Shown here piece by piece: positions 1-10,697 of a stretch of 64,000 nucleotides of DNA. Source of the stretch: an uncultured Pseudomonadota bacterium (GTDB taxonomy: Bacteria > Oederibacteriota > Muellerivitia > Muellerivitales > Muellerivitaceae); NCBI GenBank assembly GCA_963770835.1, contig CAVYRH010000026.1, forward strand, positions 448,001 to 512,000, in the 5' to 3' direction. The first letter of the stretch is position 1; the number at the start of each line of letters is the position of its first letter. The notes under the pieces are model-generated. The model did not search any database, had not been told where the DNA came from, and saw only the letters and a program-made list of their open reading frames with translations. The position numbers and the translations under genes are program-made.

Positions 1-1
1 G

Positions 2-2341
2 CAAGTTTCCTCCACCGATCCCGCCAGCACCATGAATTACACCACCAACTCACCCGGAAGCACGGACTTCGGAGCTTTTATGAACTATGTCAATCCCTTC
101 TCGCCCCACGCCATTCCCCTGATCACGGTCAATTTCGGGACGGGTACGCCTTCGGAGGCGGCCTCCTGGGTGAACTACGCCAACAATATTCAGCATTACG
201 GGATCCATTACTGGCAGATCGGGAACGAAACGGAAGGGACCTGGGAAACAGGGGGGCCGATTCCGACCCAGGATTACGTCAGGCGTTACATCGAGTATTA
301 CACCGCCATGAAGGCCGTGGACCCGACGATCATCATTACCGGTCCCGTGGCCGGCGGGTTTGGCGATGGCTCCAATATGTACGATGGAAACGGAGTCGTG
401 CAGGATTTCATTTCCATCCTTGCCTCCAAGGGAGCCATCAGCAACCTGAACGCCATCGACTACCATTGGTATCCCAATTACGGCAATTACACTGCCGCAT
501 CAGCCTTGGCCAGTACTTCCACCCTGGACGCCTTTCCGAGCCAGTTGAACTCCTGGCTCACCAGCGCGGCGGTGCCCAGCCCGAAAACGGTACCTGTCTT
601 AATGAGCGAATTCAACGTGGACCCAAGTGACGAGAATTTCCAAGTCCAGTTGGGGAACGGCCTCTGGGTGGCTGACGCCTTGGGCCATTTCATCACCGAT
701 TTTGGGAGCCGGGGTTATTGCAACCTATGGGACACCTTGAACGGGGGGAGCGGCGACACAAATCCATTGGGCGGGGATTTGGGGTATTTGGACGTCAATG
801 ACAACCTGTCCCCCCGTGCGACCTATTGGGCCATGAAAATGATGACCAACGATTGGGCGATCCCGGGTGACACCAACAACCACCAACTGATTTCCACCGC
901 CGTTACCGTCGGCACATCCCCAGCCACCTTGTTGGCGGCCTACTCCGATTACCGGCCCGACGGGGTTTTTTCGATAGTTGTCGTCAACAAGGATCCGGCG
1001 AATGCCTATAAGACCCAAATCTCCGGATTGCCTTTCCCGCCGAACTCCAATGCCAATATGTGGACTTTCAACAACACGAATTACGCTTGGGTTACCACGG
1101 GGGCGACCCCTTACCACGCTTCCCCCGACACGGCCCCGACTACCGCCACTATTTCCAATGCCTCAGCCACTTCCTTTCCTGTGACCTTCCAGCCTTATTC
1201 GATCACGGTCCTGCAATTCACCAACTCCGGACAGCCCACCAACACCACCACCGCCACCCCCACCATCACGGCGACGCCCACCATCACCCCTACGCCCAAT
1301 TACGGGCCCGCCACCCTGGTGGACGATTTTGAGAATTTAAGCCGGGACGGTACGCCGCCGGCCCGCACCAATCTTTGGGGGGGTACTTGGAGCACCTACT
1401 TGGATACCAATGGGAGCACCATCAACATTCAATATGGCGTTTCTCCCGGCGCCGCGGGAACCAATTACGCGGCTCGGATCTACGGCAACATCGTGGCCAA
1501 GACCGCCTCCAACAACCCTTACGCGGGTTATATCAGTTACTTAAGCCCGGTTTGGCCTCCGACGGCCTATAACTTGAGCGGAAGCGGAATCCTGGGGCTC
1601 GAATTCTGGATTTACGGGGACGGTAATACTTACCGGGTGATGGTGGACGACCAGGCCGTGACGACCGGGGACAATTACGGACTGAACATCACACCTCCGA
1701 CAGGCCAATGGACTTTTTATCAAATCCCCTTTTCGTCCATGACCCAACAAGGTTGGGGAACCGAAACTGGTATTCCCACCCACTTTGCGGGGACGGACGC
1801 AACGGGGATCCAATTGGGCGTCGAGGGTTACGGGTTTAGCTACAACATCGAATGGGACCAGATCGCTTTCTACACCGCGGCCGCCATCGGAACGCCTACT
1901 TCCACACCGAGTTCCACTTATACTCCAACGGTTTGCATGGATGGTTCAGGGCATACCTGCACCCCTACCCCCACGCCTAGCGCCACGGGGACGCCCACGC
2001 CCACTATTTCCCCCACGCCCACTTCCACCGCCGCTTCCACCGCCACCCCGGTGCCGGTCAACCTTCTCTTCCCTAACCCGGTTAGGGACCAAACCCCCTT
2101 GAGCTTTTACTACAAAGTGATCGCGCCCTTGGACCAGGTCAAGGTAAAGATCTTCACTTTGACCCTCCGCAAGATCTACGAGGATGACACCCTTTCCACA
2201 ACCGTTGGAGACAACCGGTACACGCTCAACTGGGATAAGCCGGGCTTGAACCTCGCCAACGGTCTTTATTATGTGGTGCTTTATTTCAAGGCGGGGGGGT
2301 CGGAAAACCACCAGGTCATGAAACTTCTCATCCAAAGATAA
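2..2341 (+). CDS. Secreted clan GH-A glycoside hydrolase (GH51/GH79-like) with CBM11/CIA30-like module, Pro/Thr linkers and C-terminal sorting-like domain; 5' end lies before the window
   Basis: Frame is open from base 2 (QVSSTDPAS matches VVSSTDPAS in the next gene). Motifs [24 protein letters not shown] (acid/base) and MSEFN (nucleophile); LVDDFE...WTFYQIPFSSMTQQGWG CBM-like block; FPNP...NGLYYV...KLLIQR tail. Confidence 0.75.
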   Translation, partial: QVSSTDPASTMNYTTNSPGSTDFGAFMNYVNPFSPHAIPLITVNFGTGTPSEAASWVNYANNIQHYGIHYWQIGNETEGTWETGGPIPTQDYVRRYIEYYTAMKAVDPTIIITGPVAGGFGDGSNMYDGNGVVQDFISILASKGAISNLNAIDYHWYPNYGNYTAASALASTSTLDAFPSQLNSWLTSAAVPSPKTVPVLMSEFNVDPSDENFQVQLGNGLWVADALGHFITDFGSRGYCNLWDTLNGGSGDTNPLGGDLGYLDVNDNLSPRATYWAMKMMTNDWAIPGDTNNHQLISTAVTVGTSPATLLAAYSDYRPDGVFSIVVVNKDPANAYKTQISGLPFPPNSNANMWTFNNTNYAWVTTGATPYHASPDTAPTTATISNASATSFPVTFQPYSITVLQFTNSGQPTNTTTATPTITATPTITPTPNYGPATLVDDFENLSRDGTPPARTNLWGGTWSTYLDTNGSTINIQYGVSPGAAGTNYAARIYGNIVAKTASNNPYAGYISYLSPVWPPTAYNLSGSGILGLEFWIYGDGNTYRVMVDDQAVTTGDNYGLNITPPTGQWTFYQIPFSSMTQQGWGTETGIPTHFAGTDATGIQLGVEGYGFSYNIEWDQIAFYTAAAIGTPTSTPSSTYTPTVCMDGSGHTCTPTPTPSATGTPTPTISPTPTSTAASTATPVPVNLLFPNPVRDQTPLSFYYKVIAPLDQVKVKIFTLTLRKIYEDDTLSTTVGDNRYTLNWDKPGLNLANGLYYVVLYFKAGGSENHQVMKLLIQR

Positions 2342-2443
2342 TTTATTTAATGGAAGCGCTCTCAATTCCTCGAAGCCATGGGGAATATGTGATAGCCTTT
2401 GCAACATCCGCTTTTTTAGCGCCATCATCCTTTTGAGGTTTCC

Positions 2444-5400
2444 TTGGAACGATTAGAGAAAACTATTTTGTGCGCCGGGGCGCTGTTTCTCTTAACGGCC
2501 ACCGGGCAGGCCCAGATCGCCGCCTCAATCACCATCAACGCCGTCGGCGCCGGCACTACGGTGACGTCCTTCGTGCCCATCCATGTTTTCGGGGTCAACA
2601 CGGCCTATTGGGTTTCCAACACCGCTAACGAGGCGGTTTCGGCCCAGGTGATGGCGGCGGGGAACTACTTCCTGCGATATCCGGGTGGCTCCTCCTCCGA
2701 CGACTACCATTGGAACAGCACGGGCAGTTACAACGCCAGCGACTATTGGGTCCCCAGCGGGACCACCTATACCGCCGGCTTCCAGGCTTGCGAGATCTAC
2801 CGGGGTACCACCTCGGCCAGTTACGGCTATCCCTCCAACCTCGACGACGGCAGCACGGGCACCACCTGGCTCTCCAACGTGGACACCGACTTCCCCGACC
2901 ACCAATGGGCCTACATGGACCTGGGCGCCACCAACACCACGGTCAGCGCGGTGACCATCGCCTGGGGCAACCCTTACGCGGCGACTTTCGTCGTCCAGTA
3001 CTACAACGGCAACGCCACGCCCTATAGCAACGCCACCGAGACCATCTGGACGAATACTTCGGCCGCCACGGTCACGGGTACCGGGGGAACCCAGGGCGTG
3101 GCCTTCACCGCCGTGGGCACCCGGTATATCCGCATCCTCATGACCTCCAGCTCGGGCGGCGCCGGGGCGCCCTACGCTATCGCCGAACTTTACGCCTATA
3201 ACGGGGCCACCCAGGTCAGCAAGAACACCGACACGGAAGCCAACCAATCCCCCGTGGTGGTTTCCAGCACCGACCCGGCTTCCAGCAAAACCTGCACCGG
3301 CGCCGTCACCTACTACGCCAACTACTACCAGACCACCCCGAACGGCTCCATGGACTTCGCGTCCTACATGAAGGAGGTCCAATCTTTCACACCCCATGCC
3401 ATTCCCCTCATCACTGTGAACTTTGGCACGGGCACGCCCTCCGAGGCGGCTTCCTGGGTGCATTACGCCAACGTCGTCGCGGCCCCGACCTACGGCGTGA
3501 GCATCCATTACTGGCAGATCGGCAACGAGACCAACGGGGTGTGGGAAACGGGCGGGCCCATGAACGCCAACGACTACGGACGGCGTTACATGGAGTATTA
3601 CAGCGCCATGCAGGCCGAGGCTTCCTCGGATGGGGTGCCCATCACCATCGTGGGCCCGGTTCCGGGTTCCCCCAATCCCAGTTCCAATGCCTATGACGGA
3701 AGCACCTATATCCAGACCTTCCTCAACCGGCTTTACACCAATACGGGCGGGAGTGCGGTGTCCGAAGTGGGCGGCATCGACTTCCACTGGTATCCGGGCG
3801 TTTCGGCCTACCCTGCGGGTTTCTCCACGCCCGCCCAGCTTTCCAATTTCGCTGTCACCCTTTCGGGATGGCTATCCGCCGTGGGGCTGAACATGAACAA
3901 CATGCCCATCATCATGAGCGAGTACAACTGCAACGCGGGTACGCCTAACGTCACCGTCCAGCTAGCCAACGGCCTCTGGCTGGCCAACTGGCTGGGGCAA
4001 TACATCACGGGTTTCGGCCCGACGGGTTACTCCAATCTTTGGGACGTGATCAACGGCGGCAACGACCATACCACCACGACCGGCGGGGACCTGGGCTACC
4101 TGGACAATTCCTCACCCTACCAGCAGCACGCCACCTACTGGACTATGAAGATGATGGCCACGGACTGGGCCATTTCGGGGGACGCCAATACCCATGAACT
4201 GGTGAACAGCTCCAGCAGCGCCACCACCCTCGCTACCTACGCGGATTACCGGCCCGACGGGGTGCTTTCACTGATGGTGGTCAACCGCGACCCCACCAAT
4301 TCTTACGCTACCACCATTACGGTGAACGGCTTCGTGCCCAATACCACGGCCAATGCCTGGACCTTTAATTCCACCAATTATGCCTGGCAGACTACCACCA
4401 CACCTTATAACGCCAACCCGGATACAGCCCCCACCACCATGACCCTCACCAACGTTGCCTCCTCCTTCCCAGTCACCTTCACGCCTTATTCCCTCAACGT
4501 CATCCAAATCACCAATTCCGGAATCCCCACCAACACTCCGACCTCCACGGTGACCGCCACGCCGACGAAGACCCCGACCAATTCCCCGACCCCTACCCCC
4601 ACCTTTACCCCGACCGGGACGGCGACTAATTCCCCCACTCCCACCGTGACCGCCACCCCCTCAAACTCCCCTACCCCTACCTCCAGCGGGACCCCCACCA
4701 ACACCCCGACCAATTCGCTCACCGCGACCGTAACCCCTACCCCCACCAACTCCTCGACCGGGACCGCCACCGCCTCGCCCACCAATACCCTGACGGCCAC
4801 AGCCACTAATACCGTTTGCACGGATGGCTTGGGGAATACCTGCACCTTCTCGCCTACGCCCACCATTACCTCCACCCCGACCTCCACGCCCAGCTTCACC
4901 CCCACAGCCACGCCCAGCTTCACTTTCTCCCCCACCCCGACCAACAGCCCCACCCTTACCGCCACGCCCACGGTGAGTTCCACACCCACTTCCACCCCGG
5001 CCTCGACCGTGACCTTTTCCCAGCAGGTTTCCAATTCCAGCCCCAGCGCTGGCCAAACGCTGGTCTATTCGCTTTCCATAACGGTCTCAGGCGGCCCCGT
5101 CGGCCAAGCGGCGGTGACGGACGTCCTTCCTTCCAACGAAACTTTCGTGCAATTCACGGCAGGGGACCCGGTGGGGACGGATTCGGGCCAAACGGTCGTT
5201 TGGGATTTGAGCAGCCTCACTCCCGGCACTTATACCTTGGGTTTCAGCGCCAGCGTGGCTGCCAGCATCGCCACAGGGACGGTCTTGACCTCGGACGGAA
5301 GCCTGGACTTGGTGGTGGAAGGCTCCCAATACTCTTCCAATTCGTCCGTCACCATCGTCAATTTCACCCCGACCCCGACGTCCAGCCCGTCGCAAACGCC

Positions 5401-5710
5401 CACGACTAGCCCCACTCCCTCCTCTGTCAACGTCCTTTACCCCAACCCCCTCACCGGGGACCAGCCGGTGAATTTCAACTACAACGTGACCGCCGCCGTG
5501 GACCAGGTGAAGGTAAAGATATTCACGGTGTCATTCCGGAAGATCTACGAGGATGACACCCTATCTACCGTCTTGGGCCCCAACAAGTACACTCTCGATT
5601 GGGGCAAGAAGGGGTTGAACATCGCCAACGGGCTCTATTACGTGGTATTGGTCTACAAAACAGGCGGCAAAGAAACCCACCAAGTCATGAAACTTCTCAT
5701 CCAAAGATAG
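2444..5710 (+). CDS. Secreted GH51/GH79-like hydrolase with inserted F5/8-type-C (CBM32-like) domain, long PT linker, DUF11-like domain and C-terminal sorting-like domain
   Basis: TTG start after GAGG; signal peptide ending AQ; LRYPGGS, YWQIGNE and MSEYN motifs; [13 protein letters not shown]...WAYMDLGA...RYIRI discoidin-like block; YSLSIT...VTDVLPS DUF11-like block; YPNP tail. Confidence 0.75.
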   Translation: MERLEKTILCAGALFLLTATGQAQIAASITINAVGAGTTVTSFVPIHVFGVNTAYWVSNTANEAVSAQVMAAGNYFLRYPGGSSSDDYHWNSTGSYNASDYWVPSGTTYTAGFQACEIYRGTTSASYGYPSNLDDGSTGTTWLSNVDTDFPDHQWAYMDLGATNTTVSAVTIAWGNPYAATFVVQYYNGNATPYSNATETIWTNTSAATVTGTGGTQGVAFTAVGTRYIRILMTSSSGGAGAPYAIAELYAYNGATQVSKNTDTEANQSPVVVSSTDPASSKTCTGAVTYYANYYQTTPNGSMDFASYMKEVQSFTPHAIPLITVNFGTGTPSEAASWVHYANVVAAPTYGVSIHYWQIGNETNGVWETGGPMNANDYGRRYMEYYSAMQAEASSDGVPITIVGPVPGSPNPSSNAYDGSTYIQTFLNRLYTNTGGSAVSEVGGIDFHWYPGVSAYPAGFSTPAQLSNFAVTLSGWLSAVGLNMNNMPIIMSEYNCNAGTPNVTVQLANGLWLANWLGQYITGFGPTGYSNLWDVINGGNDHTTTTGGDLGYLDNSSPYQQHATYWTMKMMATDWAISGDANTHELVNSSSSATTLATYADYRPDGVLSLMVVNRDPTNSYATTITVNGFVPNTTANAWTFNSTNYAWQTTTTPYNANPDTAPTTMTLTNVASSFPVTFTPYSLNVIQITNSGIPTNTPTSTVTATPTKTPTNSPTPTPTFTPTGTATNSPTPTVTATPSNSPTPTSSGTPTNTPTNSLTATVTPTPTNSSTGTATASPTNTLTATATNTVCTDGLGNTCTFSPTPTITSTPTSTPSFTPTATPSFTFSPTPTNSPTLTATPTVSSTPTSTPASTVTFSQQVSNSSPSAGQTLVYSLSITVSGGPVGQAAVTDVLPSNETFVQFTAGDPVGTDSGQTVVWDLSSLTPGTYTLGFSASVAASIATGTVLTSDGSLDLVVEGSQYSSNSSVTIVNFTPTPTSSPSQTPTTSPTPSSVNVLYPNPLTGDQPVNFNYNVTAAVDQVKVKIFTVSFRKIYEDDTLSTVLGPNKYTLDWGKKGLNIANGLYYVVLVYKTGGKETHQVMKLLIQR

Positions 5711-5813
5711 TTTATTTATTGGAAGCGGTTCCAATTCATCGAAGTCCCACGGAATCCGTGATAACCTTTGCTGCACTCGTCTTTTCGGTGCCATTCTTCC
5801 TTTTGAGGTCCCT

Positions 5814-8108
5814 TTGAAGCGGTTAAAACAAATCATCCTGGACGCCGGGGCACTGTTTTTTCTAACCGCCTCCGGCAACGCCGCCAGCCTTACTTTCACC
5901 ATTGATGCCGGCGCTCCGGTTTCGGCCATTCCCCAAGAAGCCTATGGCGCCAATTGGGACATCGGTGTGCCTCAGATCCCCCTTTATCGCCAGGGGGGGA
6001 ACCGCCTGACCGGCTATAACTGGGAAAATAACGCCTCCAACGCGGGCACTGATTACGGCCCCAACCATGAGGATTGGTACATGGTGCCAACAGGCGTCAC
6101 CCCGCCTGGTATGCCAGCGACCACCCTGACCACTTTTATTTCGGGAAACAACGCCAAAGGGGCCGAGTCCTTGGTCACACTGCAGGCTGCCGGTTACGTT
6201 TCGGCGGACGGGAACTGCAACTGTGACGTGACCGTCACCGGCCCCGCGGATACCAGTGGAACTTATTGGAAGACGGTCGTTTTCAGCGGAGGCCCCACGA
6301 CCGGCTTACCCAACACCTCCGACAATGTGGTCTATATGAACGAGGAAATGGCTTATCTCCTCTCCGCCGTTGGCGGCGCTGGAACGGGTGGGGCCAAATT
6401 CTATTGTTTGGACAATGAGCCGGGCATCTGGAATGGAACTCATCCCATGATTTGCCCCACCCAACCCTCTTACGCCGTAATCACCAGCAAGGGTGTGAGC
6501 CTGGCCACTGTCATTACAGCGGCCGATCCCGGGGCCCAAGTCCTGGGGCCGGTAGAGGCCGGCTGGTGGTGGCTGGGCTATAACTATGGAACCCACGCCT
6601 TGGATAACGCAGATAGCTACCTCAGCCAGATGTCGGCGGCCTCTACCTCCCAGGGTCGCCGCCTGCTCCATTACCTGGACGTCCATTGGTACCCCGAGGT
6701 CTATTACATCAATGGTGGGGTCACGACGCGTATTACCAATACCAACGTTGACGGGGGAACAGGGAACATGCGGATGCAGGCACCCCGTTCCCTTTGGGAC
6801 CCGACCTATGTGGACCCTAATGACAACATCTGCGGCGCCATCGGAGGTCAACCTCTGACAATGATTTCCCGTCTTCAAACTGCCGTTTCGCAGTATTACC
6901 CAGGGACCAAGGTCGCCATGTCGGAATATTATTACGGGGGGGACTATGACGTTTCAGGCGGCGTGGCCGAAGCGGATGCCTTGGGTATTTTCGGGAAAAC
7001 AGGCACGCTTGCCTGCATGTTTGGAAACGGTGTCACTTATATCCGGTCCGCTTACAACCTTTACCTTAATTACGACGGGGCTGGTTCCAGTTTCGGGAAT
7101 CTTTCCATGCCGGCTTCTACCAATAGCGTGACCTTATCGTCCCTCTACGCCTCACGGAACAACTCTTCACCCAACAAAATGTGGCTGGTGGCGGTGGACC
7201 GCAATTTTACCTCCGCGTCGGTGACCGATTCGGCCGCCTTCACAGTGAACAACCTGGCGGCAGGCCAGTCCATCATCGGTATCCGGGCCTTCCGTTTCGA
7301 CGCCAACAATTCCACCCTTTACACCGTCTCGCCGGCCCCGGTCACGACCTCGGCCACCAGCTTTACGGACAACAGTATGCCGGGCCGGTCAGGCACGATT
7401 TACGAGCTGACCTTGAGCCAATCCTTCGCCACCTTTACCCCCACGCCCAGCGCCACCGCGACGGCCACCCCCACTTCGACCGCCACCCGGACCCCCATCA
7501 ACACCCCCACCGCCAGTTTTACCTCCACCCCTACCAACACTCCCACCTCATCCGCCAGTTCTACCCCCACCCCGACCCCTTCCTCTACGCCCACGGGAAC
7601 ACCGAGTTTTACGCCCACGCCATCGGGAACCTGGTACACCTCCACGCCCACCGACTCACCCACTTCCACGCCCACTTCTACCCCCACGCTCACCCCGACC
7701 CCTACCGCTACTTTTACGCCCACCACGACCAAGACCCAAACGGCGACCTCCACCCCCACTTCCACGCCCACCCTATCCCCCACGATCACCAACACCTTCA
7801 GCTGGACGCCAACCCCCAACCTCTTAAATACCCTTTATCCCAATCCGGTCACGGGCAGCCAGCCCGTCAATTTCAATTACAACGTGACTTCGCCCTTGGA
7901 CCAGGTGAAGGTGAAGCTCTTCACCGTGTCCTTCCGGAAGATCTATGAGGATGACACCCTGCCCACCGGGATGGGAGCGAATAAATATTCCCTGAACTGG
8001 AGCAACGCGGGGTTGAACATCGCCAACGGGCTTTATTACGTAGTGCTTTATTTCAAGTCGGGGGGATCCGAAACCCACCAAATCATGAAGCTGTTAGTGC
8101 AGCGTTAG
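5814..8108 (+). CDS. GH44 endoglucanase/xyloglucanase with PT linker and C-terminal sorting-like domain
   Basis: [52 protein letters not shown] and SEY motifs typical of GH44; signal peptide. Confidence 0.85.
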   Translation: MKRLKQIILDAGALFFLTASGNAASLTFTIDAGAPVSAIPQEAYGANWDIGVPQIPLYRQGGNRLTGYNWENNASNAGTDYGPNHEDWYMVPTGVTPPGMPATTLTTFISGNNAKGAESLVTLQAAGYVSADGNCNCDVTVTGPADTSGTYWKTVVFSGGPTTGLPNTSDNVVYMNEEMAYLLSAVGGAGTGGAKFYCLDNEPGIWNGTHPMICPTQPSYAVITSKGVSLATVITAADPGAQVLGPVEAGWWWLGYNYGTHALDNADSYLSQMSAASTSQGRRLLHYLDVHWYPEVYYINGGVTTRITNTNVDGGTGNMRMQAPRSLWDPTYVDPNDNICGAIGGQPLTMISRLQTAVSQYYPGTKVAMSEYYYGGDYDVSGGVAEADALGIFGKTGTLACMFGNGVTYIRSAYNLYLNYDGAGSSFGNLSMPASTNSVTLSSLYASRNNSSPNKMWLVAVDRNFTSASVTDSAAFTVNNLAAGQSIIGIRAFRFDANNSTLYTVSPAPVTTSATSFTDNSMPGRSGTIYELTLSQSFATFTPTPSATATATPTSTATRTPINTPTASFTSTPTNTPTSSASSTPTPTPSSTPTGTPSFTPTPSGTWYTSTPTDSPTSTPTSTPTLTPTPTATFTPTTTKTQTATSTPTSTPTLSPTITNTFSWTPTPNLLNTLYPNPVTGSQPVNFNYNVTSPLDQVKVKLFTVSFRKIYEDDTLPTGMGANKYSLNWSNAGLNIANGLYYVVLYFKSGGSETHQIMKLLVQR

Positions 8109-8224
8109 AGGGGACAAACTTCTTTCCTGGAAACAAAACGGGAAGTTTCCACGCTTGTTCCAGATTTTCCTGTTTAACCGCCCATTCAGCCCTTTCACCG
8201 CAAATTCCAAGGTATACTTCACCT

Positions 8225-8250
8225 AAAGCCGGATTCACTCCGGCTTTTTT
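8225..8250 (+). terminator. Intrinsic terminator-like hairpin after the GH44 gene
   Basis: AAAGCCGGA-TTCAC-TCCGGCTTT followed by a T run. Confidence 0.6.
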
Positions 8251-8305
8251 CTTTTTCAGCCGGCAAGCTTGTAACCCGGACTAAATGGAACCGTTACTCA
8301 TCATC

Positions 8306-10153
8306 ATGGACCTTAAAAAACCTCTTTTAATGATTGCCGCTTTCGGGCTGATTCCCCTGGCCGCCTCGGCGCAAACCACCGTCACGGTGAATGCCGCCAC
8401 CACCCTGGTCGCCATTCCCAGCCAAATCTATGGGAACAACATGTCCTGCTACAACGAATCCAATAACGGCTCGGATTCCACCTATGTCACCGACATGCAG
8501 ATCTCGGGCTGCCGCAACCTCCGCTGGCCCGGCGGTTCCTACGCCGACATCGTGAATTGGGACGACATCACCTGCCAGGAAAGTTACTACGCCACCACGC
8601 CCCAATTCGTTTCCTTCCTCCAGGCCTTCGGGGGAACGATGCAGCCCATCGTGAATTTCAGCGGCTATTGGTGCAATACCCAGTATTCGGACCCCTCTGC
8701 GCCCGTCAGCCTGGCGGAGGCCTGGGTCACCTGGAACAAGTCCAGCGCCGGTTCGGCGAGAGCCACTTATTGGGAAATTGGGAATGAAAGCTACGGGTCT
8801 TGGGAACAGGGTGGGCAGGGGTCGTCCGGCAGCACTTTGACAGGAACGGTTTACGGCCTGCAGTTCGCTCAGTACTACACGGGCATGAAAGCCATCGACT
8901 CCAGCATCAAGATCGGGGCCGTGGCCGTGCCAAGTTCCACCCAATACGGCGACTGGACACCGGAAATGCTCGCCGCCTGCAAGGCCGCCGGGACCATCCC
9001 GGACTTCCTCATCATCCACAATTATCCCGAGGGGGTGACGGGCACGGGAGCCACTTATGACGCCCAAACCCTTAACACCCTTTACCTGCCTTCGGCTCAA
9101 AAGACCACCCTGGACAATATCGTGTCCTCCGGCCTGGGCTCCTCCTATGTGGGACAGGTCAAGTACATGATGACCGAATACAATTCGAGCCTGGGGCCCA
9201 GCGTGCAAACCGTCGAATACCTGAACGCCATGTTCGTTTCCCAGTGGATCATGGAATGCGCCAAGAACGGCTGGGCGGGGGCCAATCTTTGGGCGGCCAA
9301 GAACGGCGCTTCCGGCGCCGGCGGGCCCGATTACGGCTTCCTGGACGCCAACACGGACAACCCCCATCCCGATTATTACGTCTTCCCCCTTTTGACGGGC
9401 AAGTTCGGGACGCAGATGGTTTCCTGCTCCAGCAGCACCACCACCGTGAGAGCTTATGCGGCCAGGGACTCCTCCAGCGACTTGACCCTCTTCCTGGTCA
9501 ACAACAGCCCCACCGCCGCAACGACCGCCACCATTAATATTTCGGGCTTTTATCCCGAGGCATCCGGCAGCGCCTGGGTCCTGCTGCCCCAGGGGACGGC
9601 CCCCCCGGGGGCGCCCCAGGAAGCCACCGGCATCCAGATCAACGGCACCGCCAACCCGTCCCCCAGCGCGGTGGTCGGCATCGCGGGGGCCTCCCAGGCG
9701 ACCGCGCCCTCCTTCGCCGTGCCGCTTCAACCCAGTGAGATGGTCCTTCTGGTGATACCCGAGGGGGCCACTCCCACCCCCACGGTCACGCCGACCCCCA
9801 CTTCCACCCCCACCCCCTGCGGCTACCCTGGGAACACCTGCACCCCCACGGCGACTCCGACCCCCACGAACACGCCATTTGCCCCGGGGCCGGTGGTGGC
9901 CGTTCCCAACATCCTTCGCGATGGCCAAACCCAGACGGTGTTCCAGGTGCCCGAACCCGGGGCTACCCTGACGGTGACGATTTACGACCTCGCCGGGGAA
10001 AAGGTGGTGGGGGGCACCTGCAGCCAGGGTTCCAGCAGGTGCTCTTGGAATTGCAACGGTGTTGCCAGCGGCCTTTACATCGCACGGGTGCAGGTCACGG
10101 ATGCCGACGGCTCCAACCGAAAGCAGACCCTCAAACTATTGGTGCTTCATTAA
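8306..10153 (+). CDS. Secreted GH51/GH79-like hydrolase with PT linker and divergent C-terminal sorting-like domain
   Basis: Signal peptide (MDLKKPLL...ASA); LRWPGGS, YWEIGNE and MTEYN motifs; tail VPN...IYDLAGEKV...ASGLYI...KLLVLH. Start could be 8285 or 8306. Confidence 0.72.
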   Translation: MDLKKPLLMIAAFGLIPLAASAQTTVTVNAATTLVAIPSQIYGNNMSCYNESNNGSDSTYVTDMQISGCRNLRWPGGSYADIVNWDDITCQESYYATTPQFVSFLQAFGGTMQPIVNFSGYWCNTQYSDPSAPVSLAEAWVTWNKSSAGSARATYWEIGNESYGSWEQGGQGSSGSTLTGTVYGLQFAQYYTGMKAIDSSIKIGAVAVPSSTQYGDWTPEMLAACKAAGTIPDFLIIHNYPEGVTGTGATYDAQTLNTLYLPSAQKTTLDNIVSSGLGSSYVGQVKYMMTEYNSSLGPSVQTVEYLNAMFVSQWIMECAKNGWAGANLWAAKNGASGAGGPDYGFLDANTDNPHPDYYVFPLLTGKFGTQMVSCSSSTTTVRAYAARDSSSDLTLFLVNNSPTAATTATINISGFYPEASGSAWVLLPQGTAPPGAPQEATGIQINGTANPSPSAVVGIAGASQATAPSFAVPLQPSEMVLLVIPEGATPTPTVTPTPTSTPTPCGYPGNTCTPTATPTPTNTPFAPGPVVAVPNILRDGQTQTVFQVPEPGATLTVTIYDLAGEKVVGGTCSQGSSRCSWNCNGVASGLYIARVQVTDADGSNRKQTLKLLVLH

Positions 10154-10209
10154 AAAGACGGGCCCCGCTTGTTTTTAAACAAGCCGGCGCTTGGAAAACC
10201 CCGGAAAAA

Positions 10210-10491
10210 TCAGCGGTCCTGAAATTCATCCTTGGTGGTGATGTCAATCTCGAAGGTGCGGGTTTGCACGCTCATTTTTGAAACAACCCTAAAGGGATGA
10301 CCCAGGGCCCATTGCCTCTTAAGTTCTGGGGACTGCTTCATGAGTTCCTTGATGTAGGTGTCCAGCAGCCTTTGGCCGTGCTCACGGACGGCCTCCAGGC
10401 TCCGGCGGTCGGGCAGGGCGGACCCGAATTTCTTGATCACGTCGGCTTGGACGACGGCTTTCAATTGGGCCACGATATTTGGGCTTTCCAT
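10210..10491 (-). CDS. Hypothetical protein, 93 aa
   Basis: Strong AGGAGG RBS upstream of the ATG; fills an intergenic gap; no recognisable motif. Confidence 0.65.
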   Translation of the reverse strand: MESPNIVAQLKAVVQADVIKKFGSALPDRRSLEAVREHGQRLLDTYIKELMKQSPELKRQWALGHPFRVVSKMSVQTRTFEIDITTKDEFQDR

Positions 10492-10606
10492 GGTTTTCCT
10501 CCTGGAAAAATACGACTCACTATAATTGGGGGCGTGAATTTGGTTCTATGACCTGGCTTTTATTTTCCGGAAATGATTTTCCCATATTTTCCGCCCTTTT
10601 GTCGGC

Positions 10607-10635
10607 TTGAAACCTCCGGTTAAGTGCCGCATAAT
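10607..10635 (+). promoter_or_regulatory. Putative sigma70 promoter for ispG
   Basis: TTGAAA-N17-CATAAT. Confidence 0.45.
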
Positions 10636-10697
10636 CTAGAACCAGTCGTCAGTCGGCAGTTCGCAGTCGACAGCAAGGCAAAACTAAAGAGGCATCG

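Noticed and set aside
4520..5000. Periodic ACC/CCC repeats resembling an array
   Set aside because: Coding PT linker; no constant repeat with unique spacers and no cas genes, so not CRISPR.
2342..5813. Integron attC sites or a diversity-generating retroelement in the hydrolase array
   Set aside because: The duplicated spacers lack RYYYAAC/GTTRRRY ends, differences are not adenine-specific, and no integrase or reverse transcriptase is present.
4486..7819. Val/Gly-rich reverse-strand ORFs (4486-5034, 7400-7819)
   Set aside because: They are the antisense reading of Pro/Thr linker codons.
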